A stretch of DNA of 64,000 nt from Treponemataceae bacterium (GCA_963677895.2 CAXXGJ010000038.1:512001-576000), one strand, 5' to 3'. Positions 9,970 through 19,862 are shown, counted from the first letter of the stretch. The notes: a model not told the origin generated them from the sequence alone. Made by a program: numbers and translations.

Positions 9970-10188
9970 CGAAAAGAGGGGAAAAGAATAGACAGAAACA
10001 ATATTTTTTCGCGGAACCGCTACACGAGCGTATAGCGGTCAGTCGTCGATCAGTCTGGCCGAACGCGGACGCGGCGAGAGGCGGAAGATCATTCCACGCA
10101 ATGATTAATTGGTTAATTCAATATTCTGCATGCATTTTTTGTGGATCATGCCAAGAAATGAGAATGAGGGTGGCCGGAAGCGGCTATC

Positions 10189-11436
10189 TCAGGTCAGGAG
10201 TTCGCGCGCCAGTCCATGGAGCAAGGCGGAATCGACGCGCGGATGGGCGAATATCCTGATCCTTCTGAGCGACTGGACGAGACTTTTCAGCGAATCGGGA
10301 CCGAATAACCTTGTCCGGGAGGAGAAGGTTTCGCGGCCGTCGCGCGTTCTCACCATCAGATTAGTCTCGAAATCTATCGGCTCCGGAATGTCGATCACGA
10401 TATCCGATTCCCTAACGTTGGCTGCCATAGCAAGAGCCATCTCCGCTTCAAGTCTTTTCCCGAGCTCGTTGAGGTCGGCATGGACGGCGTTTTCGGCGTC
10501 ATAGCTGATTTCACCGACGAGATTGTACATTCTTCCCGCGAAGGCATCCTCGGCCGGCTGGAAGAATTCTGCGGGACCGGCAGCCGTAAGGCTCCTGAAT
10601 CCGGCGTCGTCCAGGCCGTAAAGATTCTCCGGCGCGATGGCGCCATGAGTCAGCCCGAGCAGAACGGACTTTTTTACCATGGAGGTGGCCGAGCGCACCG
10701 TATGATGCCAATAGACGGATCGGTACATCTGATACTTCGAAAAAAGCAGGGCTTCGATGCTCATTTCGCCGCGCACGTCCACCGCCAGCATATCCTCATC
10801 CACGAGAACGCGGCGCAGGATAAAGTCGGCGTCCTGTATTCCATAGGGGATGCCGCAGTAAAAAGCGTCGCGCGTCAGATAGTCGATCTTGTCGGGATCG
10901 AGAACTCCCGAGAGTATGCGTCTGAATAATCGAGTTTCCCTGTCGTCGGGAAGGGAACGATCGCGATCGATGATCGCTGCCACCTGTTCGGGATCCGCCT
11001 CGCAGTCCAGGATTGCCGCACGCAGGGGCTCCTGCAGCACGAGATCACCCGCCAGAGCCTCATGAGCCGCCAGCGGAAGCTCTTTCAGCGAATGGGCGAA
11101 GGGGTAATGCCCCAGGTCGTGGCAGAGGGCGGAGACGAGAAAGGCGCGAAGTCCTTCCGGGCTCGCGAAGGAAATCTGACCGCGTTCGATGAGCGACAAT
11201 GCCAGACGCCGGGCGATATAATATACGCCCATGCTGTGGCCTCTCCTCGTATGGGTCGCGCCCGGATAAAGGTACGTGACGGGACCGAGCTGCCGCACCC
11301 CATCCTGAACCCGAAACGGCGCTGTCTTCGTAAGCTCGAAGAGGGATTCGTCGAAATGTATGTCGCCCCAGACGGGATCGCGAATCACGTTGTCAAATTT
11401 TTGCGAAACGGAAAGCAGTAGACCGAGATCCGACAT
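10189..11436 (-). CDS. HD-superfamily phosphohydrolase (YwfO/dNTPase-like)
   Basis: IRDPVWG, RQLG, YPGATHTR..HSMG, HDLGHYPFAH, DPDKIDYLTRD, MYRSVYWH. Start placed after GAGGAG. Confidence 0.88.
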   Translation of the reverse strand: MSDLGLLLSVSQKFDNVIRDPVWGDIHFDESLFELTKTAPFRVQDGVRQLGPVTYLYPGATHTRRGHSMGVYYIARRLALSLIERGQISFASPEGLRAFLVSALCHDLGHYPFAHSLKELPLAAHEALAGDLVLQEPLRAAILDCEADPEQVAAIIDRDRSLPDDRETRLFRRILSGVLDPDKIDYLTRDAFYCGIPYGIQDADFILRRVLVDEDMLAVDVRGEMSIEALLFSKYQMYRSVYWHHTVRSATSMVKKSVLLGLTHGAIAPENLYGLDDAGFRSLTAAGPAEFFQPAEDAFAGRMYNLVGEISYDAENAVHADLNELGKRLEAEMALAMAANVRESDIVIDIPEPIDFETNLMVRTRDGRETFSSRTRLFGPDSLKSLVQSLRRIRIFAHPRVDSALLHGLARELLT

Positions 11437-11613
11437 ATGACTCCTCGAAAAAGCCTGCGCCGATAGGCCGCGGCCGCATCTCACGGTCTAGCACAGTAAC
11501 TCCCAGCCCGCAAGAGGATGTATCGTAAACGCCATACGGGAGCATCGTCGGCCGGCGAGGAGCGTCGATTCCCGATCGGTTGAGGAAGCCGGCGGAATTT
11601 GCTATTGTCAGGT

Positions 11614-12567
11614 ATGCAATTCTTGAAGGGTGAGGCCTATCTGGCCGCGAGAGGATTCCTCGGTCATCTGCTCGACGAACTGCCCGGTTACGGGAGGGTG
11701 GACGAAGAGCTGGTCGGCTGCTGGAGCCCGGATGCCTCTCGGCAGCCCGGGATGGCGCCCAAGAATATCTACTGGACGCGCAATGTATGGAATGAACCGT
11801 TCCTCCTGGAATTCGATTCCATATCGCAGGCGGCCAAAGCGCTGCGCGCCATCCAGCGGAATTGGGCGGCCTACCCTACCCGTCTTCACCGAAGGACGGC
11901 CCTGATCGTCGACGCCCTGCCCCATATTCCGGTAAAACCGAAAGCCTTCCCCTTTTCCCTTCCTGAATCGCCGATGGGAAGCTTTACCCTCCTCGAGGAA
12001 CATCTGCTCCTCGGTTCGGCCCGCTGCTCCAGCCCCTTCCCGAACGGGGAGTTTTCCTTCGTGGAAGACAAGGAAGGCCCTCCTTCGCGCGCTTACCGAA
12101 AACTATGGGAAGCTCTTCTCTTCGCCGGCCGACTTCCCGCTCCAGGAGACCTCTGCGTGGACGCCGGTGCCTGTCCGGGGGGCTGGACCTGGGTCCTGGC
12201 CGGACTGGGCGCCGATGTCATCGCCATAGACAGGGCGCCCCTCGATGAATCCGTGGCGGCGATGCCCGGGGTACGCTACATGAAACATGATGCCTTCACC
12301 CTGAAACCAGGCGATATCGGCCCCGTGGATTGGCTTTGTTCCGACGTTATCTGCTATCCCGAGGCTCTTTTCGACTGGATATCGGCATGGAGGGAATCGG
12401 GCCTGGCGAAGAACTTTATCTGCACGATCAAGATGCAGGGGCCATCGTTCGACAAGACGACGACCGACAAATTCGCGGCCATTCCCGGCTCCAAAGTCAT
12501 CCACCTCTGGCACAACAGGCACGAACTCACCTGGATAAACGTGGAGAATTCCGGCGTCGACCGTTAG
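11614..12567 (+). CDS. SAM-dependent rRNA methyltransferase, RlmM/FtsJ-like
   Basis: PPSRAYRKLWEAL, DAGACPGGWT, DWLCSDVIC, TIK. Confidence 0.8.
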   Translation: MQFLKGEAYLAARGFLGHLLDELPGYGRVDEELVGCWSPDASRQPGMAPKNIYWTRNVWNEPFLLEFDSISQAAKALRAIQRNWAAYPTRLHRRTALIVDALPHIPVKPKAFPFSLPESPMGSFTLLEEHLLLGSARCSSPFPNGEFSFVEDKEGPPSRAYRKLWEALLFAGRLPAPGDLCVDAGACPGGWTWVLAGLGADVIAIDRAPLDESVAAMPGVRYMKHDAFTLKPGDIGPVDWLCSDVICYPEALFDWISAWRESGLAKNFICTIKMQGPSFDKTTTDKFAAIPGSKVIHLWHNRHELTWINVENSGVDR

Positions 12568-12578
12568 GAGCCCGGCTC

Positions 12579-14648
12579 TCACCCGGCCTTTTCGGCGAAC
12601 TTGGCCTTCATTCTCGCCAATACGTCCTTGCGCAGATCTTCTTCGGAACGGGCGCTCTCCACGGGATCTTCCGACTTGAGGAATTCCTCGGGCAATTCCG
12701 CCAGGAAGGGAGAGGGCGCGGTATCGACCGCCTGCATGCGGTGCTTTCTTCTCAGGCAGCGGCTAAGGAAAAGCCGCTTTTTAGCCCTCGTCAGGGCTAC
12801 GTAAAAGAGCCGTCTTTCTTCCTCAAGGTCCCCGTCGCCTTCCTCAAGGGATCTCGCGTGAGGTAAAATCCCCTCCTCGCAGCCGGGAATGAAGACGACG
12901 TCGAACTCCAGCCCCTTCGCCGAATGAATCGTGAGAAGACTAATCTTTCCGTCGTCATCGTCCGGATCGTCGCGCGTCACGAGGGCAACGCGCGCCAAAT
13001 ACGCGAAGAGTCCTTTGTCCATCGTGTCGGGATCTTTTTCCCAACGTTCCATGGACGCGGCGAGCAGCTCGATGTTCCTGTATTTCCACGCCGCCGTCTT
13101 GTCGTCCGACTTATATTCCTCGAGCAGATAATGCCAGTAACCGATCCTGTCCACCATCTCCCTCAGACAGGCCGAGATCGGTTTTTTTCTCGACAGAAGC
13201 GTTTCGCGAAAGCTCGTCAGATAGGCGAAGAATTCCATGGCCTCGCGAACCGACTTCACATTGGAGAGAGGATCCTGCGAACGTTCGATGATTTCGAGGG
13301 CCGTATGCATGGACATATTGCGCGAGCGTGAAAAGCCGGATATTTTCTCGAGTCCCACTTTTCCGATGCCGCGTCTCGGAACGTTTATTATCCGCAGGAC
13401 ACTCATGTCGTCGTCCAGGTTGGCCGCTGCCTTGAGATAGGCGAGCATGTCCCTCACTTCCTTGCGCTGATAGAACGAGGGCCCGCCCGCCGTCCTGTAA
13501 GGAAGGCCGGCTTCCATAAGCGATTCCTCTATCACCCTCGCCTGCGAGTTCGTCCTCACGAGAATGCCGAAGGCGTCCCACGCCAGACCGTCGGCGATGC
13601 GCAGGGTCTTCATCCTGAGGATGATGTTCTCGGCCTCCTCGGCTTCGTCCTCAGTCTCGTCGAGCAGAATGGGCACCCCAAGGTTCTTCGCCGGCGACCA
13701 CAGGTTTTTTTTCTTTCTTTTAACGTTGTGCGTTATTAAAGCGTTGGCCGCTCCCAATATGGTGGAGGTAGACCGATAATTTCTCTCCAGCTTTATTTCG
13801 ACTATGCCAGGATGGTCATTTTCGAACTTTTCCATGTTTCCGAAATTCGCGCCTCGCCATGAATAGATAGATTGATCGTCGTCGCCCACCGCGCAGACGT
13901 TGTCCGACGCGAAGGCCTTGATGAGGTCGTACTGCTGAAGCGACGTGTCCTGGAACTCGTCGATCATGACGTAGCGGAATCTCTTTTTAAGCGCGTTGGC
14001 CGATTCTGGAAACGCGTCGAATATCTCGAGGGGCATGGCGATGAGATCGTCGAAATCGACGGCATTGTAGAGGCGAAGGCATTTTCTGTATTCCTCGAAT
14101 AAACCATCGTAGCCGTCGCTTCCTGCGGAAGCGCCGCTTCCCGCGGCGGCGCCGCTTCGCCCGGCATCGGCTTCGCGCGCCCTGGCCGACGGCGAAAAGC
14201 CCGTTCTCCTCGCGGAGATGAACGATGCCGCGTTGGCCGCGTCGAAACCTTCCATCCCGAACCCCAGTTCCCGGGCGCATTCCTTGGCCGCCTGCATCCT
14301 GTCCTGTTCATCGTAGATGGTGAAGTTTTCCTTCCAGCCGAGCCTGTGGATTTCCTTCCGGAGAAACCAAGCGCCGAAGGAATGGAAGGTGGAGACGATC
14401 AGGTTCTTGAGAGGGAGCCCCGTGAGCTCCCTGGTGCGTTCCGCCATCTCGCGGGCAGCCTTATTGGTGAAGGTGAGCGCGAGTATGGATTCCTGGGGCG
14501 CTCCCATGGAAAGAAGCCGAGCGATCCGGTAGGTGATGACGCGAGTCTTGCCCGAGCCTGCACCCGCGATGATGAGAAGCGGCCCTTCGGTGGTCGTGAC
14601 GGCTCGGTATTGTTCCGGATCGAGTTCTGAGGCAAAGTCGATAGCCAT
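12579..14648 (-). CDS. Superfamily I DNA helicase UvrD/Rep/PcrA
   Basis: AGAGSGKT, TFTNKAA, DEFQD, GDDDQSIY, NYRS, TIHSAKGLEF, EERRLFYVALTRA. Confidence 0.96.
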   Translation of the reverse strand: MAIDFASELDPEQYRAVTTTEGPLLIIAGAGSGKTRVITYRIARLLSMGAPQESILALTFTNKAAREMAERTRELTGLPLKNLIVSTFHSFGAWFLRKEIHRLGWKENFTIYDEQDRMQAAKECARELGFGMEGFDAANAASFISARRTGFSPSARAREADAGRSGAAAGSGASAGSDGYDGLFEEYRKCLRLYNAVDFDDLIAMPLEIFDAFPESANALKKRFRYVMIDEFQDTSLQQYDLIKAFASDNVCAVGDDDQSIYSWRGANFGNMEKFENDHPGIVEIKLERNYRSTSTILGAANALITHNVKRKKKNLWSPAKNLGVPILLDETEDEAEEAENIILRMKTLRIADGLAWDAFGILVRTNSQARVIEESLMEAGLPYRTAGGPSFYQRKEVRDMLAYLKAAANLDDDMSVLRIINVPRRGIGKVGLEKISGFSRSRNMSMHTALEIIERSQDPLSNVKSVREAMEFFAYLTSFRETLLSRKKPISACLREMVDRIGYWHYLLEEYKSDDKTAAWKYRNIELLAASMERWEKDPDTMDKGLFAYLARVALVTRDDPDDDDGKISLLTIHSAKGLEFDVVFIPGCEEGILPHARSLEEGDGDLEEERRLFYVALTRAKKRLFLSRCLRRKHRMQAVDTAPSPFLAELPEEFLKSEDPVESARSEEDLRKDVLARMKAKFAEKAG

Positions 14649-14690
14649 AGTATCCTTGTTGCGAGGCTGAGCTGCGGTATCCCTAAACGA

Positions 14691-15173
14691 TCAGATGGAT
14701 TTGAAAAAAATCGACTTGGCCCCGGCGCCCATCAGGGCGACGAGAAGCGTGACGATTATGCCGGCGACGACAACGCCGCCCACAATCGCGAGACAGGATT
14801 TTTTCCGGTTCATGCCGAGAATCCAGGCGCCGAGCGTTCCCGTCCACGCTCCGGTCACGGGAAGTGGTATGGCGACGAATACGAGGAGTCCCCAGTACCC
14901 GTATTTCTCGACCTTGGCGTGTACTTTCATCCTGGTCTTTTCGACGAAACGATCAAAAAAACCTTTGTACCAGGTCCATTTATAGAAAAGTTTGTGGAAT
15001 GTCGAAAGGAAGAGGAAAGCGATGAGGGGGACAAGCGCGTTGAAACCGATGCCGATAAGGGCGGCGGCAAGAAGATCCGTACCCCTGAGCACGGCAAAGG
15101 GAATGGCTCCCCTCAATTCCGAAATGGGAAGAATGGCGAGCAATGCCGCAAGAAGATTAGTCGTCGTATCCAT
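14691..15173 (-). CDS. Small multidrug-export family membrane protein (COG2426)
   Basis: LPISELRGAIP and FVAIPLPVTGAWTG motifs; hydrophobic. Confidence 0.85.
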   Translation of the reverse strand: MDTTTNLLAALLAILPISELRGAIPFAVLRGTDLLAAALIGIGFNALVPLIAFLFLSTFHKLFYKWTWYKGFFDRFVEKTRMKVHAKVEKYGYWGLLVFVAIPLPVTGAWTGTLGAWILGMNRKKSCLAIVGGVVVAGIIVTLLVALMGAGAKSIFFKSI

Positions 15174-15225
15174 TGCAGGCGATTATAACCGCTTCGCCGA
15201 GAATATTAAAGGAGATGGAGAGATT

Positions 15226-16179
15226 TTATCGCCGGGAGCCCGAAAGGAAAGAGACGACTGTCCTGGAGAAGAGGTCGGGGTCGGCTTCCATCCAGCGAAT
15301 GCCGGGCAGGGCGCGCAGGAAGGTCATCTGACGTTTCATGTATTGGTTCGTATGAAGTTCTATCGCCTTTGCTATATCGCCCTGCGGCGCGCCTTCCATG
15401 GAGAAGAATTCGCTGTAGCCTATGGCCTTGAGCCCAGGACATTCGGCGGTATAGCCCGCGGACTTCAGCGCGTCGACTTCGTCCGCGAGACCCGCCTCGA
15501 ACATCTTTTCAACCCGGGCATGGATGCGCCTCTTCAGCTCGTCGCGGGGTCTTTCGACGCCCAGGATGAGAAATTCGTATCCGGAGCGCGGCTCGCTGGA
15601 GGGAGCGAAACAGGAAGGCGGCCGTCCGCTCATCCTCAGAATTTCCACCGCTCTCGTCAAGCGATACAGATCGTGCTCGTTGATCCGGGCGGCGGACGCC
15701 GGGTCGGCGTCCGCGAGCTCGCGGCGAAGCTTCTCCGGCCCCAGCCTTTCGAGGTCTTCCGCGACTACCTTCCTCACCGCGGGATCGGCGGGGGGAGCCG
15801 TACCCGCTCCGCAGACGAAGCTTTTCAGGTAAAAGCCCGTGCCGCCCGAAATTACCGGCACGACATTCTTTTCGGCCAGGGAAAAGCATAAGGCATCGGC
15901 AAGGCGAACGAATTCTCCCGCCGTATACTGTTCGTCGGGATTCTTGATGTCGATCAGATGATGGGGAAGTCGGCCGAGGAGATCGGCGTCGGGCTTGGCC
16001 GTTCCTATATCCATTCCCCTGTACGCCTGCATGGAATCGGCGCTTATGACGGCGGCGGCGGAAGGAAGGTTTTTATCGTCGGGACTGATTTTTCCGAGGG
16101 AAGCGAAAAACGAAAAAGCTCCTCGACCAAAAACGCTGTCAAGGAGCTCCGTTTTGCCCGATGCCGTCGGGCCGGTCAC
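15226..16179 (-). CDS. miaA: tRNA dimethylallyltransferase; true start probably a few codons upstream
   Basis: GPTASGKT, SADSMQAYRGMDIGTAKP, GGTGFY, AIGY, KRQMTF. Confidence 0.95.
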   Translation of the reverse strand: MTGPTASGKTELLDSVFGRGAFSFFASLGKISPDDKNLPSAAAVISADSMQAYRGMDIGTAKPDADLLGRLPHHLIDIKNPDEQYTAGEFVRLADALCFSLAEKNVVPVISGGTGFYLKSFVCGAGTAPPADPAVRKVVAEDLERLGPEKLRRELADADPASAARINEHDLYRLTRAVEILRMSGRPPSCFAPSSEPRSGYEFLILGVERPRDELKRRIHARVEKMFEAGLADEVDALKSAGYTAECPGLKAIGYSEFFSMEGAPQGDIAKAIELHTNQYMKRQMTFLRALPGIRWMEADPDLFSRTVVSFLSGSRR

Positions 16180-16189
16180 GATAATGACC

Positions 16190-16384
16190 TTAACTATTGA
16201 TGAACCGATAATCCACCTGCTTGCCGAAAACCTGCTGGGCTGCCAGGGATACGACCTTGCCGTTGTTTTTCTCGACCTCGGGCGTCTTCAGCACGGCCAG
16301 CTGGAATGCCCGCCTGTTTACGGCGACGGCCAGTTCGTATGAATTGGTATTGTAATTAATGAGTTGTTCGAGAGGCATTATCAT
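16190..16384 (-). CDS. rpoZ: RNA polymerase omega subunit, short spirochaete type
   Basis: 64 aa; NSYELAVAVNRRAFQL...KVVSLA matches the omega YxL...RA.Q and K..A pattern; AGGAG SD. Confidence 0.75.
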   Translation of the reverse strand: MIMPLEQLINYNTNSYELAVAVNRRAFQLAVLKTPEVEKNNGKVVSLAAQQVFGKQVDYRFINS

Positions 16385-16419
16385 CGTTCGCTCCTATGGA
16401 CCATTCTATCCGCTTTCAA

Positions 16420-16710
16420 TTACAGGCCAAGTTCACCCAAACGCTTATCCAGACTGTCGAGAAGCGAAGCCGCTTCGGATTCCCTGGAAGCGGAAGCTTT
16501 CTGATTCTCGCCGCGACGCATTTCGTCCAAAGTCAGAAGGTTCGTGATGAGGGCCAGCTTGAGCGGATCCACGATTTTCATCTGGCCGGAAACGCCTGAA
16601 AGCCTTTCTTTAAGCTCCGAAACCAGGCCTTCGATATACTCTCGATCTTCATCGGTGCGAATAGTGAAGGAAACGCCGAGCACTTCAATGGGAATAATCT
16701 GAGATGGCAC
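16420..16710 (-). CDS. zapA: Cell division protein ZapA
   Basis: IEVLGVSFTIRTDEDREYI...LKLALITNLLTLDE; GTG start after GAGGAAGG; follows a ZapB-like gene. Confidence 0.8.
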   Translation of the reverse strand: MPSQIIPIEVLGVSFTIRTDEDREYIEGLVSELKERLSGVSGQMKIVDPLKLALITNLLTLDEMRRGENQKASASRESEAASLLDSLDKRLGELGL

Positions 16711-16723
16711 TTTCCGGCCTTCC

Positions 16724-17386
16724 TCAGAATATGTCGAGTTCATGTTCGTCGCCTTGTGACGAGTTTCCGGGGAGCTGCTCGCCTCGAAACATTGCGCCGA
16801 GAAACGGCGACTCCTGGGGTTCGGTGGCCGCTGGAGACTGGTCGACTGCTTCCGCCTTTTCTTCCCCGGCAGCTGACGTTTCGTCGACGACCGCCGCATC
16901 GGCGTTGCCGACAGATATGCCCATCACCAGATCCTCGAAGGCATCCAGCTTCTGGAGGGCATGCGTCAGTCCTTCCTCTATCCTCGACTGTTCCCTCTGG
17001 AGTTCTTCGGCCTTGGATTCGAGATCGGCGGACTTGCGCTCCGCCGCGAGGGTTCGATCCCTGTATGAAGCGTTCTCGGCCTCGGCATCCTTGACCCTTT
17101 CCTCTGCCGTCTTGACTCTTCCCTCAGCCGTTTTGACTCTTTCCTCGGCTGCCGCGAGACGCGCGTTGAGGTCCTGGATCAGAGCCTCGGAATCCGAGGC
17201 CGTTCGGAGGGATGCCGTGGATTTTCTCTCGAGCTCTGAATAGGCTGCCTTGACCTGCTCCTCGGAGCGCGAGGCTTCTATGAGACGCTGCTCGAGTTCG
17301 GCATTTTCCCTTCGAAGCTTATCGATCAGTACAACCGCTTTCTCAACCCGCGCCTCGAGGGCGCGGATTTGCTCGAGGCTTACCAT
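16724..17386 (-). CDS. zapB: ZapB-like coiled-coil protein
   Basis: SLEQIRALEARVEKAVVLIDKLRRENAEL N-terminus, long coiled coil, adjacent to zapA. Confidence 0.65.
   Translation of the reverse strand: MVSLEQIRALEARVEKAVVLIDKLRRENAELEQRLIEASRSEEQVKAAYSELERKSTASLRTASDSEALIQDLNARLAAAEERVKTAEGRVKTAEERVKDAEAENASYRDRTLAAERKSADLESKAEELQREQSRIEEGLTHALQKLDAFEDLVMGISVGNADAAVVDETSAAGEEKAEAVDQSPAATEPQESPFLGAMFRGEQLPGNSSQGDEHELDIF
17090..17152. repeat. 21-bp (heptad) tandem repeat x3 in zapB
   Basis: Encodes AEERVKT-AEGRVKT-AEERVKD. Confidence 0.85.
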
Positions 17387-17390
17387 GGCC

Positions 17391-17750
17391 TCAGACCTTC
17401 AACGCCGCTTTCGCCTGCTCGACGATAGCGGAAAAAGCCGCCGGATCCGTGATGGCGAGATCCGCGAGGACTTTCCGGTTCATCGTGATGCCGGCCTTGT
17501 TGATGCCTTCGATGAACCTGCTATAGGTGAGATCCTGAGCCCTGCAGGCCGCGTTGATACGGGCGATCCAGAGAGTCCTGAATACGTCCTTCTTGTCGCG
17601 CCTGTCCTTGTAAGCGTCGGAGAGAGCTTTCGCTACCGCGTCCTTCGCAACCTTATAGTTGGAATGACGTCTTCCCCAATAACCTTTGGCGATCTTGAGT
17701 ATTTTCTTGCGGTGATCTTTACGTTTGGTGCCGTCTACTGCTCTTGACAT
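17391..17750 (-). CDS. rplT: 50S ribosomal protein L20
   Basis: KILKIAKGYWG, FRTLWIARINAACR, MNRKVLADLA. Confidence 0.99.
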   Translation of the reverse strand: MSRAVDGTKRKDHRKKILKIAKGYWGRRHSNYKVAKDAVAKALSDAYKDRRDKKDVFRTLWIARINAACRAQDLTYSRFIEGINKAGITMNRKVLADLAITDPAAFSAIVEQAKAALKV

Positions 17751-17774
17751 TCCATTTCTCCTGTTAAGCCCGAA

Positions 17775-17975
17775 CTAGCCGTTGGGCAGAAGCTTCTTCT
17801 TGATCTGGTGCATCGGACCAGCAGCGACGAAACCCGGCTTCCGCAGATTTCTCTTCCGTTTCGAACTTTTTTTCGTCAAAATATGGCGAAGATTCATTTT
17901 CTTGTATTTAACCTTACCGCTGGCGGTAAGGGTAAACCGCTTGCTGGCGGCTTTCTTCGTCTTCATCTTGGGCAT
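17775..17975 (-). CDS. rpmI: 50S ribosomal protein L35
   Basis: [27 protein letters not shown]. Confidence 0.99.
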   Translation of the reverse strand: MPKMKTKKAASKRFTLTASGKVKYKKMNLRHILTKKSSKRKRNLRKPGFVAAGPMHQIKKKLLPNG

Positions 17976-17998
17976 GATCTACCGTCCTTCTCGTAGTT

Positions 17999-18571
17999 TC
18001 ATAAAACTTCGCTGATTTCGGGCGTCGGTTCATCCGAAACAGCCTGCTTTTTGATGATGGAGGCTTTTGGCTGAAGCACCATGGACATGAATCGGCCTTC
18101 CATAAGGGGCAGCTTCTCCATGATATAGTAACCTTCCAGCTTGGTTAGGATCTTTTTAAGGATCTGTTCGCCAATCTCCGTGTGCGCAAGCTCGCGGCCT
18201 CGGAACCTGATGGTTACCTTGACCTTGTTGCCCTGTTCAAGGAATTCCTTGACATGGGCAGATTTGAAATCGAGGTCGTGGCCGGCAATCTTCGGCTGCA
18301 TGCGGATTTCTTTGAGCTCCGCGGCCTTCGTATGCTTCCTCGTATCCTTGATCTTTTTTTCCTGCTCGAACTTGTACTTGCCATAGTTAAGCAACTTACA
18401 AACGGGGGGAACCGACTGGGGTGCCACTTCGACGAGGTCCAAACCGATCTCCCTGGCGATCTTGATCGCCTCGAGCGTCGGGATGATGCCCCTCTGTTCA
18501 CCTTTGTCGTCTATAAGCCTTACTTCACGCACGCGAATCTGCTCATTGATCCGCAAATCCTTGTCTGCCAA
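17999..18571 (-). CDS. infC: Translation initiation factor IF-3 (TTG start)
   Basis: [33 protein letters not shown] 4 nt before the TTG. Confidence 0.98.
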   Translation of the reverse strand: MADKDLRINEQIRVREVRLIDDKGEQRGIIPTLEAIKIAREIGLDLVEVAPQSVPPVCKLLNYGKYKFEQEKKIKDTRKHTKAAELKEIRMQPKIAGHDLDFKSAHVKEFLEQGNKVKVTIRFRGRELAHTEIGEQILKKILTKLEGYYIMEKLPLMEGRFMSMVLQPKASIIKKQAVSDEPTPEISEVL

Positions 18572-18705
18572 CTGACCTCCTCTAGCGCAAACCCGTTCGG
18601 CCGTTACGGGGATCGGCCTGCGAGCTTACGCGCCTGTTGCACATGCGGTTGGTCACCTGCACAGGCGCGACGCGTATATTACCATATAATTTCAAATCGG
18701 GTAAA
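18572..18705 (-). promoter_or_regulatory. infC promoter plus structured 5' leader (candidate L20-responsive leader)
   Basis: TTTACC-N18-TAATAT with an extended TG; 9-bp stem CGCGCCTGT/ACAGGCGCG (18629-18669) and a second stem CCCGT/ACGGG (18592-18610). Confidence 0.5.
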
Positions 18706-18759
18706 TACCTGCAATGCCCCGATGCGCGAAAAAGGCCGCGCAAAAGGGCGAAAAACGGC

Positions 18760-19758
18760 TCAGGCTTTTCCGGCCGATCCCAAAACCTCGATATTTTTGT
18801 GCATATAAAGCTTCTTGAGCTCGTCGCGGGCCGGTCCCAGGTACTTGCGGGGATCGAATTCGTCCGGTTTCTCCGTGAGCACCTTGCGGATGAGGGCGGT
18901 CATGGCCAGACGTCCGTCCGAGTCGATATTGATCTTGCACACGGCGCTGCGGGCGGCCTTGCGGAGCTGCTCCTCGGGAATGCCTACGGAATCCTTGAGC
19001 CTGCCGCCGTACTGTTCGATCATCCTCACGTATTCCTGGGGAACGGAGGAAGAACCGTGGAGAACGATGGGGAAGCCGGGGATGCGTTTCTCGATTTCCT
19101 CGAGGATGTCGAAGCGAAGGGGAGGCGGGATGAGAACGCCGTCAGCGCCTCTGGTGCACTGCTCGGGCTTGAACTTCGTCCTGCCGTGGCTCGTTCCGAT
19201 CGAGATGGCCAGGCTGTCGACGCCGGTTTTCTTGACGAAATCCTCGACTTCGGCGGGGCGGGTGTAATTGCTGTGCTCGGCGGAAACTTCATCCTCGACG
19301 CCGGCCAGTACTCCTAGTTCTCCTTCGACAGTCACGTAGTCCTTGCGCGAATGGGCATATTCGCAGACCTTTTTGGTGAGGGCGACGTTCTCGTCGTAGG
19401 GCAGATGGGATCCGTCGATCATGACGGAGGAAAAACCGTTTTCTATGCAGTCGACGCAGAGTTCGTAGGTGTCGCCATGGTCGAGATGAAGGACGACGGG
19501 GATGGGGTAGCCGAGTTCCTTGGCGTACTCCACGGCGCCGCGGGCCATGTTGCGCAGCAGGGTGGAGTTGGCGTATTTGCGCGCGCCGGAAGAAACCTGC
19601 ATGATGACGGGGCTTTTGGTCTCCACGCATGCCTGGATTATGGCCTGCATCTGCTCCATATTGTTGAAGTTGTACGCGGGAATGGCATAACCGCCCTTGA
19701 CCGCCTTGGCGAACATCTCGACGGTGTTGGAAAGTCCAAGTTCCTTGTAGCTTGTCAT
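18760..19758 (-). CDS. fba: Class II fructose-1,6-bisphosphate aldolase
   Basis: AYNFNN, HLDHG, SSVMIDGS, VEGELG, IGTSHG, LHGSS, KINIDSD. Confidence 0.97.
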   Translation of the reverse strand: MTSYKELGLSNTVEMFAKAVKGGYAIPAYNFNNMEQMQAIIQACVETKSPVIMQVSSGARKYANSTLLRNMARGAVEYAKELGYPIPVVLHLDHGDTYELCVDCIENGFSSVMIDGSHLPYDENVALTKKVCEYAHSRKDYVTVEGELGVLAGVEDEVSAEHSNYTRPAEVEDFVKKTGVDSLAISIGTSHGRTKFKPEQCTRGADGVLIPPPLRFDILEEIEKRIPGFPIVLHGSSSVPQEYVRMIEQYGGRLKDSVGIPEEQLRKAARSAVCKINIDSDGRLAMTALIRKVLTEKPDEFDPRKYLGPARDELKKLYMHKNIEVLGSAGKA

Positions 19759-19812
19759 GATACCTCCGAAAATTGGGGCGGGGATGCTTCTTCGCGCCCG
19801 CGATTCCTGCTA

Positions 19813-19841
19813 ATCTTATGGAGAGACCAATCGATCGTCAA
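19813..19841 (-). promoter_or_regulatory. fba promoter
   Basis: TTGACG-N17-TAAGAT. Confidence 0.65.
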
Positions 19842-19862
19842 GCAGGCGGAGGGCGGAGAATC

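Noticed and set aside
10095..10150. Replication origin or dif site
   Set aside because: Only one mismatched DnaA-like box and no XerC/XerD arm consensus.
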